A DNA stretch of 64,000 nucleotides from Nitrospirales bacterium (GCA_963555755.3 OY820905.2:2272001-2336000), one strand, 5' to 3'. Counted from the first letter of the stretch, positions 20,200-30,627 are shown. Translations and numbers: made by a program. The notes: generated by a model not told the origin, from the sequence alone.

Positions 20200-22476
20200 A
20201 TGACGAGTGACACTCAACAACCCGAACCTATTCGAATGGTGAGTTTACGAACCAAGTTTATTGTATTCATTAGTGTCATCATTGTTGCGGTGTGTTCTGG
20301 CCTCAGTTGGTATGTTGTCAATCAGCAATCCCAAATCATGGTCCAAGCCTTAAGGAAAATCGGCCTGGTGATCGTGAAAAATTTGGCCTATAACAGTCGC
20401 TTTCCGCTGATTGCCAAAGACACTATGTCTTTGGAACGGTTATTGGATGGGGCCTTGAAGATCGACGAAGTGGTGTATGTGATCATGACTGACCCCCAAG
20501 GGGTCCCCCTGGTGGCCAAGAGCAAGGGGGCTCTCCGGGCCGGAAGGCGAACACGGATCGCGGAAAGCCCCGTGTATCCGGATAGCCACATCGTTCAATC
20601 ATTGCTGGCCATTTCACACTCCGATCCCGTCATTATTTCGTTCAAAAGCGATACCCAGCCAGGCACAGGTCCTGACACCTCATCTTCACCATGGTGGAAT
20701 CTGCAATTCACCGATCAGACTGAACTGCTGTACGATTTCGCCATCCCTGTACGCCGACGCATATCCTCCGACCCATTATTGGGCCCTCTTGTGTTGGAAC
20801 AACAGGAAAATATTGTGGGATCGGAGTTCTCGGGTCCGCCCGGAAGCCCGATCCATGGAATCGTGCAGGTTGGAATCAGCAACGAAAAAATGATTCAACA
20901 GCTCAACGACCTGGTGCGGAATATTGTCCTCATCACGGTCTTAATTATCATGCTAGGAATTATGGCTACCGCGGTATTAGCCAACCGTATCATCAATCCA
21001 CTCCGGAGTTTAGCTGAGGTTGCCAAAAAGGTCTCAACTGGAGACTTTTCCGTCTCTCTGGAGCCCACCACACAGGATGAGGTGGGTGAATTAACGACCG
21101 TGTTCAACACGATGACACAAGCCATTCGCGATCGGGAGCAGGCGATCTCGGCCCAAGTCGCCACGATCACCAAACATGCAAATAAATTAACCACGCTCAA
21201 CCAAACGGGTTCTGCCATCGCCTCACATTTGGATCTGAACACCCTCCTCAGTACGGTGTTGCACCTCCTCGTTGAAAAAGTCGGGTTTACACACATGTTG
21301 CTCATGCTCTACGACCGTGATCGAGGAATTGCGCATAAAGGACAAACCGCAGGCATTTCAGAAGACCTCGATGCCCATGTTCGGTCCCTCGAAATCTCGA
21401 TTCGCGAGGATGGCACCATTCATGCCGATCTCTTGCTTCACGGAGAGGCCTTTTTCGTTCCGAAGATTGATGTGGTGAGTGCTCGCATGGATCCGAAGAT
21501 TCGCGCGGTTCTTCAGGAACTCGGCACGACATCTTTTGTGTGTGCGCCACTGAATAGCCAGCAACACATCATGGGGTTTATTACCGCAGATAGTACCCCA
21601 CAAACTTGTACGCAGGAAGATCTGGAATTGTTAATTACCATCGCGAACACTGTGGGCGTGGCTATTGATAATGCCCGGGCCTATCAGGAATTGGAACAAT
21701 TAAATATTACGCTGGAACAACGAGTCGAGGAACGCACGCATGAACTCACCGAAGCGAATGTGAAGTTACAGGAGCTGGATCAGCTCAAATCGGTGTTTGT
21801 CACCATCGTCTCCCACGAGCTTCGGACGCCCATGACCTCGGTCAAAGGGCTTGTGGAAAACATGCTTGATGGCTTAACCGGCGAGTTAACCGAGCGGCAA
21901 ACGTTTTATTTAAGTCGAGTCCGAGCCAATGTGGAACGGCTGACTCGAATGATCAACGACCTACTGGATTTATCTCGAATCGAAGCCGGGCGGATGGATC
22001 TCATTCCTGTTACCCTTTCCATGCCCGAATTAATCACCGAGGTTACCGAGAACTTGCAAGATATGGCCACCGAACATGGCCTCACGTTGACGATCGCCCA
22101 AGCTCATGCAATTTCGCCGGTTCGAGGCGACCTGGATAAAATGAGTCAAGTGCTCACGAATTTGGTCCATAACGCCATTAAATTTACTCCCCCCAATGGG
22201 AGCGTCCAAATAAGCGTGGTCAATAAGGACGATCAGTGGGTTCAAGTCTGTGTTGCGGACACGGGATGTGGCATTCCTCAGGAGGAACTGGAAACCATCT
22301 TTGAACGGTTCTATCGCAGTCCATCCAGCCCGCATCAATCCAAGGGTGCCGGCCTGGGCCTGGCCATTACCAAAAGCCTTGTGGAGCTACATGGCGGAAA
22401 GATCTGGGTCGAAAGCATCCAAGGAAAATGGACAAAATTTTTCATTACGGTTCCCGTCCATGGTTCTGCCAAATGA
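20200..22476 (+). CDS. Membrane histidine kinase (HAMP, GAF, HisKA, HATPase)
   Basis: QDEVGEL, AIDNARAY, SHELRTPM, DTGCGI, GAGLGL. Confidence 0.93.
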   Translation: MTSDTQQPEPIRMVSLRTKFIVFISVIIVAVCSGLSWYVVNQQSQIMVQALRKIGLVIVKNLAYNSRFPLIAKDTMSLERLLDGALKIDEVVYVIMTDPQGVPLVAKSKGALRAGRRTRIAESPVYPDSHIVQSLLAISHSDPVIISFKSDTQPGTGPDTSSSPWWNLQFTDQTELLYDFAIPVRRRISSDPLLGPLVLEQQENIVGSEFSGPPGSPIHGIVQVGISNEKMIQQLNDLVRNIVLITVLIIMLGIMATAVLANRIINPLRSLAEVAKKVSTGDFSVSLEPTTQDEVGELTTVFNTMTQAIRDREQAISAQVATITKHANKLTTLNQTGSAIASHLDLNTLLSTVLHLLVEKVGFTHMLLMLYDRDRGIAHKGQTAGISEDLDAHVRSLEISIREDGTIHADLLLHGEAFFVPKIDVVSARMDPKIRAVLQELGTTSFVCAPLNSQQHIMGFITADSTPQTCTQEDLELLITIANTVGVAIDNARAYQELEQLNITLEQRVEERTHELTEANVKLQELDQLKSVFVTIVSHELRTPMTSVKGLVENMLDGLTGELTERQTFYLSRVRANVERLTRMINDLLDLSRIEAGRMDLIPVTLSMPELITEVTENLQDMATEHGLTLTIAQAHAISPVRGDLDKMSQVLTNLVHNAIKFTPPNGSVQISVVNKDDQWVQVCVADTGCGIPQEELETIFERFYRSPSSPHQSKGAGLGLAITKSLVELHGGKIWVESIQGKWTKFFITVPVHGSAK

Positions 22477-22726
22477 AGTACATGGCTCAGGAGAAAACAG
22501 AAACGACCAAAAGCTTCCAATGGGTACCATCAATACCCAATAGACAGAGCCAGATGCCTAGGCATTAGGGCCTATTGAAACTGGTAAAAGTCGCTGGGTA
22601 GAATGGGGGCTCTCGCCGGACCAACCGCTTTTCAGGAACAAGCCCGATGCTGCACCTGCATCTCATGAATGAGACAAGGTGTGATAGGCAAAGGGACAAC
22701 GATGGCGAGATTCTGGAAAACCCCAC

Positions 22727-24925
22727 ATGCAGCATTCCTTCGAACAAAAAAACATCCAGGGATGGAACCTAGAAACAGCAGTTGGATCACAAAAGTCCGC
22801 GCAAGCTCTTGGCCCGCCTGGCAAAATAAAAAAATGCCTCATCACCACCGAGGTGACCACGACTTTTTGTATTTCACCATGCACGCCAATATCTTACACG
22901 TCTGTTTTGCGCCCAACCGCCGTTTCTAGGTTGAAAGCGGTAACTACCGGTTTTCTGAAGTATTTGGGATTGTGGGTGTGGTGTTCAACCCTTTTCCTGC
23001 TCCCACCAGCTGTTGGTGCCAACCCAGCACCCCAAGCTGCCCCCCCTCAAAGCTCCTCAGATCAGGCCTTGGATGATCTACGATTCCTTCAGGAAGAAAC
23101 CGTGAGCATTGCCGTCTTACACGAGCAACCCATCTCTGAAGCACCCTCGAGTGTCTATGTTATTACCGATGAAGACATCCGGCACTCCGGTGCCACAGAC
23201 CTTCCCACGGTTCTTCGTCGGGTACCCGGCATGGAAGTCATTCAAATGACCAGCGCAGACTTTAATGTCAGTGTTCGTGGGGACAATCAACTGCGAGCCA
23301 ATAAGCTGCTCGTGTTAATCGACGGACGTTCCATCTACGAAGATATTCAGGGCGAGGTCTTCTGGAAAATGATTCCCGTGACATTACCTGAAATTAAAAA
23401 GATTGAAATACTCAAGGGTCCCGCATCTGCCGTGTATGGGTTTAATGCTTTCGACGGTGTGATCAACATCATCACCAAGTCTCCGGAGGAAATGAAAGGG
23501 GTGCACGTGCAATTTGGTGGAGGGGAATTGGGCACCATTTCCAGTGCCGCGATCTATGCCGGAAAATACGATAAGCTGGGATACCGCATTTCAATCGGGC
23601 GAAATCAAACCAATCAATGGGAATCCAGAAGTAGCTTAGGGTTCCGAGTGCACAAGTTTAATGTGCAAACTGAGTACGACCTTTCCAATTTTGCCAACTT
23701 ATCAGTCTCTGGTGGGCTTGCGGATGCGAATCGGTACGATGGTCCGGTAACATCTTTGCTGACAATCCAAGGAGAACCGTCACAAGCCTATACGAAGGTC
23801 GAATATAAGCGACCGAACCTTTTTCTGAGAGCCTATTGGAACCGATCCAGCGTCCCCAATATGCTTCAAACCAATCCCCTCCTTCCAAGTTTTTTTACTA
23901 TCACCGACACAAACGGCAGCTCTATGCAATCTCGGAAATGGAATAGTTACAATTTTTCTGGACAGCATGCCCTGGAATTTGGATCCACCAACCGGCTGAC
24001 CTATGGCATGGACTATCGCCATAATTCAGTCTCAAGCAATTTCCTTGATGGATTCAGCCGCGAAAATCGATTCGGCGTCTATATACAGGATGAGTGGAAG
24101 ACCACTGAAAGTCTGACTGCAACTGGAGGCATTCGCGTAGATCTCCACACTGAAATCAATCCCACCTACAGCCCACGTTTCGCCCTAATTTACAGATTGC
24201 TCCCAAATCACACACTCCGAGGAACGATTGCCTTAGCATTTCGTCCGCCAACGATTTTCGAAACCCACACTGACACAAGAGCCGCGGCTTTCGGATTTGT
24301 TACTGGAACTCTTTCCGGGTCAAAACTCTTAAAGCCAGAAAAAATGATTTCTTACGAAATCGGCTATCAGGGTTGGTTTTTCAGGCACCGTTTGCGAGCC
24401 AGGATAGATCTCTTTTTCAACCATATATCAGACTTGATCAATTCGACGGGTGGTACGGGTGGTGCGGCTCTTGTATTCACCAATGCTGGGGAAGCAGATA
24501 TCTATGGCGGTGAAGCCGGGATTGAATTTTGGCCTCTCCCTTGGCTAAGCGGTTTTGCCAACTATTCGTTTCAAAACATTGACCAGACCTTCTCTGGAAC
24601 TTCCCGGCGCGCTGGGCCAGACTTTAAGGTCAATGCTGGACTCCGAGGAGAATGGGAAAATGGTTTCACTACAGAAGTTGTTCTTCATCACGTGGCTGGA
24701 GCCACATATCCCATCAGTAGTACTTTTGGTGTATTTGGAGCGACCCTCAACCCCAGAGTTGATAGTTATACCTTAATCAACTTTCGTGGAGGATATCGAT
24801 TTTGGAAGGACCAACTCGAACTGGCGATTTCAATTTTTAACGCATTGAATGATAAACACCAAGAGCATCCACTTGGAGAAATTATTGACTCGCGCGTAAT
24901 GGGTTGGATAACCCTTAGGTATTAA
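22727..24925 (+). CDS. TonB-dependent receptor
   Basis: Plug domain (EAPSSVYVITDEDIRHSGA, LVLIDGR, IEILKGPASAVYG, GVINIITK), beta-barrel, terminal aromatic residue. The ORF start runs through MITE D; the true start is probably near 22967. Confidence 0.92.
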   Translation: MQHSFEQKNIQGWNLETAVGSQKSAQALGPPGKIKKCLITTEVTTTFCISPCTPISYTSVLRPTAVSRLKAVTTGFLKYLGLWVWCSTLFLLPPAVGANPAPQAAPPQSSSDQALDDLRFLQEETVSIAVLHEQPISEAPSSVYVITDEDIRHSGATDLPTVLRRVPGMEVIQMTSADFNVSVRGDNQLRANKLLVLIDGRSIYEDIQGEVFWKMIPVTLPEIKKIEILKGPASAVYGFNAFDGVINIITKSPEEMKGVHVQFGGGELGTISSAAIYAGKYDKLGYRISIGRNQTNQWESRSSLGFRVHKFNVQTEYDLSNFANLSVSGGLADANRYDGPVTSLLTIQGEPSQAYTKVEYKRPNLFLRAYWNRSSVPNMLQTNPLLPSFFTITDTNGSSMQSRKWNSYNFSGQHALEFGSTNRLTYGMDYRHNSVSSNFLDGFSRENRFGVYIQDEWKTTESLTATGGIRVDLHTEINPTYSPRFALIYRLLPNHTLRGTIALAFRPPTIFETHTDTRAAAFGFVTGTLSGSKLLKPEKMISYEIGYQGWFFRHRLRARIDLFFNHISDLINSTGGTGGAALVFTNAGEADIYGGEAGIEFWPLPWLSGFANYSFQNIDQTFSGTSRRAGPDFKVNAGLRGEWENGFTTEVVLHHVAGATYPISSTFGVFGATLNPRVDSYTLINFRGGYRFWKDQLELAISIFNALNDKHQEHPLGEIIDSRVMGWITLRY
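22766..22932. mobile_element. MITE family D (AACCTAGAAAC...GTTTCTAGGTT)
   Basis: Copies at 30124-30290, a minimal 44-bp form at 34386-34429, and partial copies at 58194-58238 and 62040-62081. Confidence 0.8.
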
Positions 24926-24978
24926 CCGTGCTTTTAACCGTTTTCCGTTCTCCCCTTTCTTATTTCACAACACAATTG

Positions 24979-25017
24979 TGTATCTAAAAAGATAAACTCT
25001 GTATCTAATTGGATACA
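24979..25017. promoter_or_regulatory. Tandem palindromic activator-like sites (TGTATC-N6-GATA(A/C)A)
   Basis: TGTATCTAAAAAGATAAA and TGTATCTAATTGGATACA, the second 138 bp upstream of the sigma54 GG. Confidence 0.6.
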
Positions 25018-25136
25018 AATTCTCCTCATAATTTTAACATATGATTTTGTAGTACAAAAATACCTATTCTCCCTCTAACTGTTTAAAACTTCAAAGAAAT
25101 TTTTCGTCTCACGCCTATGAATGGGATAAAAAAACT

Positions 25137-25151
25137 CGGCACGAATTTTGC
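25137..25151 (+). promoter_or_regulatory. Sigma54 -24/-12 promoter of the RiPP cluster
   Basis: CGGCAC-GAATT-TTGC. Confidence 0.72.
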
Positions 25152-25317
25152 GTATGCGTAATAAGAATATTGAAAGGTCTCTCATTCCCAATAGAATTTA
25201 AAGGGTGAAAATCCATCCCCATTTCGAGAAACTCGATTGAGAGTACGAACGAGAAGACCTGGAAAGTAGGCTGGTGTTTCATTTATTATTCACTTTTTCA
25301 TTTTTGGGAGGTTCATC

Positions 25318-25512
25318 ATGCAAACCGTATCATCTCCTCAGCTCTCTATCGAGCTTGAAGATATAAATTCGGTGGAGACGGCTTTTCAGCCAGCACTGAA
25401 TGACTTAGGACTGCGCAACTGGAAAACGGGTCATGGGTTACCTGCAATGTGTACCTGCCAGTGTTGTTGCTCGTGTTGTGCGGCATCAGGTGAAGAACTC
25501 CTTTCAGAGTAG
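25318..25512 (+). CDS. RiPP precursor peptide (Cys-rich core CTCQCCCSCC)
   Basis: GGGAGG RBS; acidic leader ending in GHGLPAM; 7 Cys in 10 residues; directly upstream of ThiF-like/YcaO/SagB genes. Confidence 0.85.
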   Translation: MQTVSSPQLSIELEDINSVETAFQPALNDLGLRNWKTGHGLPAMCTCQCCCSCCAASGEELLSE

Positions 25513-25778
25513 TGGGGCTCACCGTTTCCAACTGGCCTTGTTTCTGCTTTGTACAAACTTTACGGTTCACGGTGCACCAGTAAAGATCGTGTTAAAGCCA
25601 AAAGCAGGGTAGGTTTTTTTAGGAATTTTTGGATCTTGGTGAGAAGTGGAAGATACTCCCCACTTCTCCGGGTCCTGACACAAAGGGCTCCAATGATACC
25701 TTTTTTTTTATTTCATAAAAATTAGGTTTTCACACACGAGGCTGTGGCTATTCAGTTTAAAGAAATAGGACTCAAACC

Positions 25779-26873
25779 ATGACACCTGTCAATAGTGATC
25801 AAACGCTTTCCTCGTTGCCCGTTAAAATAATCCCCACCAAAAAAGGTGTCATCCTCAAGCGCGGATGCACCGAAGTACAAATTCGAGGGGAAAACATCGG
25901 TGCAATTATTGAGCAGATTTTCTCGATTTCAACAAAAAATAGGGTGACCAAAGACTTACTAGTAGAATACTTTTCCCCAGAAGTTCAGCCCGCTGTTGCC
26001 AAATTGGTCGATCAGTTCATTGAGCGCCGGTTTTTGGTTCCACATGCTTTTGACGATTCTCAAATGGAGTCTCATGAAGACAACACGGACATTTTTTATT
26101 GGCACTTCGATCAAACGAAAGCGGAAATCAGCCAACGATTGGATGCTCAGAAAATCACGATAGTTGGGGTCAATTACATTTCACGGCAACTTGCCATTTC
26201 CCTTAGTGAATCTGGGTTTACTCAGGTTGAAGTGGTCGACGAGCCTGGGTTACGAAATCTTCGGTTTTTCGACCCTCCCAGAGAATTACAGCTGCACCAT
26301 TGGCCGACTCCTTTGCGAACACCCGTAGCAATGAAACAGTGGGAAGCCGAGGCAGATCTCAACTCATTGGATTGCATTATTGCCACTTCAGATTTTGGTT
26401 CAGCTCCTATCCTGCGTGAATGGAACACGTATTGCATTCACCATAATCTTCGATTCTTTCCCATTGTATTGTCCAATATGATTGGCTACATCGGGCCACT
26501 CGTGATTCCACAAGAAACGGCCTGTTTCGAATGCCTCTTGGCTCGACAGAATTCGCATCTCAGTGACCCCAGCAGGAAACAGACAGTGGATCAGGTCGCC
26601 TTTGATAGCCAGAACATTGTAGGGTTCCATCCATCCATGGCGTCCATCTTAGGAGACATTGCTGCCATGGAGATGACCAAGTTCTATAGTCAATCCATGC
26701 CGTTGTGGAATGTGGGAAAACTCATCGAAGTGAACCTTTTGTCCTCTCGGATGACTCCCAGGAAAGTCCTGAAAATTCCTCGTTGTCCGGTTTGTAGTCC
26801 CTTACGCACACGTTCCGCTGTCACCCCTGACAAACCCTATTCACATTTTAGTTTTTCCCAGGCGCAATCATGA
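25779..26873 (+). CDS. TOMM leader-binding ocin-ThiF/E1-like cyclodehydratase partner
   Basis: wHTH-like N-terminus, YIGPLVIPQETACFECL, KVLKIPRCPVC. Confidence 0.88.
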   Translation: MTPVNSDQTLSSLPVKIIPTKKGVILKRGCTEVQIRGENIGAIIEQIFSISTKNRVTKDLLVEYFSPEVQPAVAKLVDQFIERRFLVPHAFDDSQMESHEDNTDIFYWHFDQTKAEISQRLDAQKITIVGVNYISRQLAISLSESGFTQVEVVDEPGLRNLRFFDPPRELQLHHWPTPLRTPVAMKQWEAEADLNSLDCIIATSDFGSAPILREWNTYCIHHNLRFFPIVLSNMIGYIGPLVIPQETACFECLLARQNSHLSDPSRKQTVDQVAFDSQNIVGFHPSMASILGDIAAMEMTKFYSQSMPLWNVGKLIEVNLLSSRMTPRKVLKIPRCPVCSPLRTRSAVTPDKPYSHFSFSQAQS

Positions 26874-28204
26874 TGATCACCCGGAACTCTTCATTTCACC
26901 GTCTTGCCAACATCGTGGATGACCTAGTCGATGAACACGTTGGCATAGTGAAATACGTCAAAGAATTCCGTCGGGAATCCGGAATGCCCGACTTCTTCTG
27001 CTATTACGCCAAGGCCTGTAACACCCTGGCCTTTGGCCCATTCAAAAATTTTTCGAATACCGGGGGGGCTTCTGCCTTTAGAGAACTTGCGATGGCCAAA
27101 GCCATTGGAGAGGCAGTGGAGCGTTATTGCTCTGCTATTTATGATAAAGAATCCTTGCCCTTGATTTCATTTCGTGATGCGTCATTCCCCTGCATCGTTC
27201 CAGAAGAATTTGCGTTGTATGACGATGAACAATATTGTCAACCGGATTTCCCGTATATTCCGTTTACCCACGCTACTCCTGCCCGATGGACCCCAACTAT
27301 TGATCTCACAACGGATGAGACCTGGTATGTGCCGGCGGCAACGGTGTTTATGCCCTTTTGGTATGACGAAAAAAATGGAGAGCCCCCCATTGTCCAACCG
27401 ATTTCTACAGGTTTGGCCTGCCACTGTAGTTATGAAGAAGCCGCAATTTCCGCGATTTGTGAGGTCATTGAACGGGATGCCTTCATGATGACTTGGCAAG
27501 CGTGTCTTTCCAGGCCTCAAATTCTTATCGATTCCTTGAGTCTCAACAACCAAGACCTGGTTTCTCGATTCGAGCGAACGGGAAATTCAATTTTTCTCTT
27601 CCATTTGGCTATGGATCATGATGTTCCCATAGTGTTGGCTGTAGCTCGGTGCTCTGCAGAAGACGGGCCTGCCTTGTGTTTCGCGGCTTCAGCAGATTTA
27701 GATCCGGAAGATGCCGTTCGAAAAAGTCTCGAAGAATTGGCTCATACCCGTCGGTTGGCCCAAGGATTAAAATCAAATTTGCCCAGTATTGTGGCCGAGG
27801 CCGATTTTGAGGCCGTCAGTCATCAGGATGCACACCTACGATTTTACGGGGACCATGTGAACAGTCACTTCGCCGACTTTCTTTTTTCCTCGGAGGACCG
27901 AGTGGCTTTTCAAGAAATCAAACGTCCATTTGAAGGTGACACTCAAAATAATCTCCGAGACCTGATTGACCAGGTTCGCTCTGTGAACCATCGAGTTCTG
28001 CTGGCTGATCTTACAACCTCCGACGTCGGTGATCTGGGGCTTTCGGTGGTTCGGGCGGTGATTCCGGGATTCCATCCGTTGTTTATGGGACATGCGATCC
28101 GCTCACTTGGTGGAACCCGATTATGGGAGGTTCCCCAACGCATAGGACACCCTGGTGTGACTCGGGAAGGAGGAGACAACCCGGCTCCTCACCCTTATCC
28201 GTAA
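26870..28204 (+). CDS. YcaO cyclodehydratase (azoline-forming type)
   Basis: KAIGEAVERY, STGLAC, EVIERDA, ELAH, VVRAVIPG, Pro-rich C-terminus PAPHPYP. Confidence 0.93.
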   Translation: MMITRNSSFHRLANIVDDLVDEHVGIVKYVKEFRRESGMPDFFCYYAKACNTLAFGPFKNFSNTGGASAFRELAMAKAIGEAVERYCSAIYDKESLPLISFRDASFPCIVPEEFALYDDEQYCQPDFPYIPFTHATPARWTPTIDLTTDETWYVPAATVFMPFWYDEKNGEPPIVQPISTGLACHCSYEEAAISAICEVIERDAFMMTWQACLSRPQILIDSLSLNNQDLVSRFERTGNSIFLFHLAMDHDVPIVLAVARCSAEDGPALCFAASADLDPEDAVRKSLEELAHTRRLAQGLKSNLPSIVAEADFEAVSHQDAHLRFYGDHVNSHFADFLFSSEDRVAFQEIKRPFEGDTQNNLRDLIDQVRSVNHRVLLADLTTSDVGDLGLSVVRAVIPGFHPLFMGHAIRSLGGTRLWEVPQRIGHPGVTREGGDNPAPHPYP

Positions 28205-28272
28205 ACCGTATCTCGTATTTCGTTCTTTCACGAGATGAGGACGACGTTTTTCTTAAAAAATGAGGTGATTTT

Positions 28273-29091
28273 ATGAATATGGATATATGGAATGAGTTGG
28301 TGCTCCCTTCCGCTACAGAGGACGTAGCTTGGGAGTTGTTTCACGAAAATTCAAAGCTTGGTCGGTATTTCGCAGCCTTGTCAGAAGAACAGGTGGTGCA
28401 AAAAACCAAAGAACTCCACGAGTCATTGCCCTATGAAGGGTATCCTAAGGTGGAATTACCAGCACTACTGGCAACTCCAACATCTTCGCTATACGAGGCA
28501 ATTCTGAATAGAATGTCTGTCAGAAATTTTGCTCCTCGCTCATTTTCATTAGAAGAAATTGCGACCTTGTTGCACTATGCCTATGGCACGACCCGGGATA
28601 ATGAGGGCACTAACCTTCCCAGGCCATTTCGAGCAGTTCCCTCTGGAGGAGCGCTCTACCCCTTGGAAATTTATTTTCATTGCGTGGACGTCAAAGGACT
28701 TGTCCCGGGGCTGTATCACTACAATGCGGCTGGTCATCATATTCGCTGCCTTAGCGAAGGCGACCAGCGAAAAACTATTGCCGAGTCCATCATTCAACCG
28801 GATGTGGCCTTGGAAAGTTCACTCATGATCTTTATTACCGCCATGTTTGAACGGACGGTTTTTAAATATGGAGACCGGGGGTACCGATTCACATTCCTGG
28901 AAGCGGGTCATGTGGCCCAAAATATGAATTTGATGGCCACGGCGCTCGAACTCGGATGCGTCAATATCGGAGGATTCTATGACCGGGATGTGGATGCGTA
29001 TTTGGGACTGGACGGCATCATGCATTCTACGATTTACCTCATGGCAATCGGAGAACCAACCTGTTCTGAGTCTATCGATGAAAAGACCTAA
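28273..29091 (+). CDS. SagB/ThcOx FMN-dependent azoline dehydrogenase
   Basis: RMSVRNF, RAVPSGGALYPLEIY, KYGDRGYRF, EAGHVAQN, IGGFYD. Confidence 0.93.
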   Translation: MNMDIWNELVLPSATEDVAWELFHENSKLGRYFAALSEEQVVQKTKELHESLPYEGYPKVELPALLATPTSSLYEAILNRMSVRNFAPRSFSLEEIATLLHYAYGTTRDNEGTNLPRPFRAVPSGGALYPLEIYFHCVDVKGLVPGLYHYNAAGHHIRCLSEGDQRKTIAESIIQPDVALESSLMIFITAMFERTVFKYGDRGYRFTFLEAGHVAQNMNLMATALELGCVNIGGFYDRDVDAYLGLDGIMHSTIYLMAIGEPTCSESIDEKT

Positions 29092-29320
29092 TTCGTAATG
29101 GGTGACGCGTAATCCTTGATGCGTAAGGAGGACGAAGGTAAAAGTCAAAACGACTCTTCCGCTTCACGAACCACGCTTCACGTCCCTCATAGAACGCAAA
29201 GGGCAGCTTTTTTGGGACCAGTTGCAATTTTGGTGGAATTGGGACCTATTCCATGGCCCGCCGCAGGTCATGGGGACCGTGTTGAGGGGTGAACAGCCTG
29301 CTCAGGCGTGGCAGGAATGG

Positions 29321-29499
29321 CGAGATTTCTCCCAAGGGTCGAAATGACAAGAGGCGGAAGTGGTAAGGAGCAAGTCTGGTTGGATGAACAACGAGAAGGC
29401 TTCTTTCTGTCATTTCGAGTGCAAGGAGAAATCGCTTGGCCCGAAAGAACGTGACCCGGGCGGGAATGGGGGAGAGTTCTCCCAAGGGTCGAAATGACA
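29321..29499. repeat. REP-like cluster (TTCTCCCAAGGGTCGAAATGACA twice, plus an inverted TGTCATTTCGA unit)
   Basis: Direct and inverted short palindromic units read from the sequence. Confidence 0.65.
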
Positions 29500-29654
29500 A
29501 TGGACGAGGGGTGATACGGGCGGAGTGTCATAGGGTTTCGCCTTACTCCACCAAAATTGGGATTGATCCCTTTTTTGACAGGGATTGAGGTGTGGAGCAG
29601 CACGGTAACCGTAAACCAATACCCAACTTATTATGAGATAGCGCTGAGGTTACC

Positions 29655-30077
29655 ATGACATTTTCCGTGAGCATCCCAATCCATCCCAAAATTCTCACTG
29701 TTGATGACGACCCGGATATCGGGATTGCCCTGACGGATTTTTTGAAGCAAGAAGGGTATGCGGTCACTATGGTTGAGACTGGCCACGCCGCTATCGAAGT
29801 CTGTGAACACCATCAATTTCAGGCGGTGATTTTAGATTTAGGTCTTCCAGATTGTGACGGGTTGGAGGTGTTAACCCATATGCTGAACCGTGACCCTGGG
29901 CTTCCGGTCATTATCCTGACCGCCTATTCATCTCTCGAGCGATACACCCCTAAAGCAGAGCAGACCCGGGCATTTGCTTATTTGTTGAAACCATTCAATC
30001 GCAAGGAACTCAAAAAAACCATTCGTCGAGCCATTCAAACTCGCCCTCTGCCACACACGGATACGAAGCCTGCTTAA
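29655..30077 (+). CDS. Single-domain response regulator (receiver)
   Basis: ILTVDDD, ILDLGLPDCDG, IILTA, AYLLKPF. Confidence 0.9.
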   Translation: MTFSVSIPIHPKILTVDDDPDIGIALTDFLKQEGYAVTMVETGHAAIEVCEHHQFQAVILDLGLPDCDGLEVLTHMLNRDPGLPVIILTAYSSLERYTPKAEQTRAFAYLLKPFNRKELKKTIRRAIQTRPLPHTDTKPA

Positions 30078-30123
30078 CATGGGCCATCCATCTTGAATCC
30101 GATTTCGCTGGTGGTTTCACTTA

Positions 30124-30627
30124 AACCTAAAAACAGCAGTTGGATCACAAAAGTCCGCGCAAGCTCTTGGCGCACCTCGCAAAAGAGAAAAATGTCTCAT
30201 CACCACAAAGGTGACCACGACTTTTTCTCTTTCACGATGCACAGCAATATCTTACACGTCTTTTTTGCGCCCAACTGCTGTTTCTAGGTTAAACACGGCA
30301 GTTGAAAATCCCTTTTCCTTTCGATTGCCACCGTTCCCACGGCGCTCAGGGGAACGGACCTTCAAACAATGGGTGACGGTCACGCCACTCCGTTCGTGCC
30401 GAGTCCTGAGTTTGTCGAAGGGTCGAAGCATGAACCTGATTGCAAATCTTGGACAGGCTTCTAGGAGGCTGTCCGACATTAGGGATCATCGCGAGATTGC
30501 GCTGGTTTGAGGCAGCTTTTTCGATCGTTTGAGGCGAATAGTGGTGACTATTTAACGAAAACGATCGGAAAAGCTGGCCAAATTCAGCGCAATCGCAGTA
30601 GATCCGCTAATCTTGGACAGGCTTCTA
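30124..30627. mobile_element. Cluster of MITE D, a REP-like unit and MITE C
   Basis: D at 30124-30290; CTGAGTTTGTCGAAGGG unit; C at 30462-30627. Confidence 0.7.

Noticed and set aside
25318..29091. Canonical thiopeptide cluster
   Set aside because: No LanB-type dehydratase or pyridine synthase in the window, and no leading Ser in the core.
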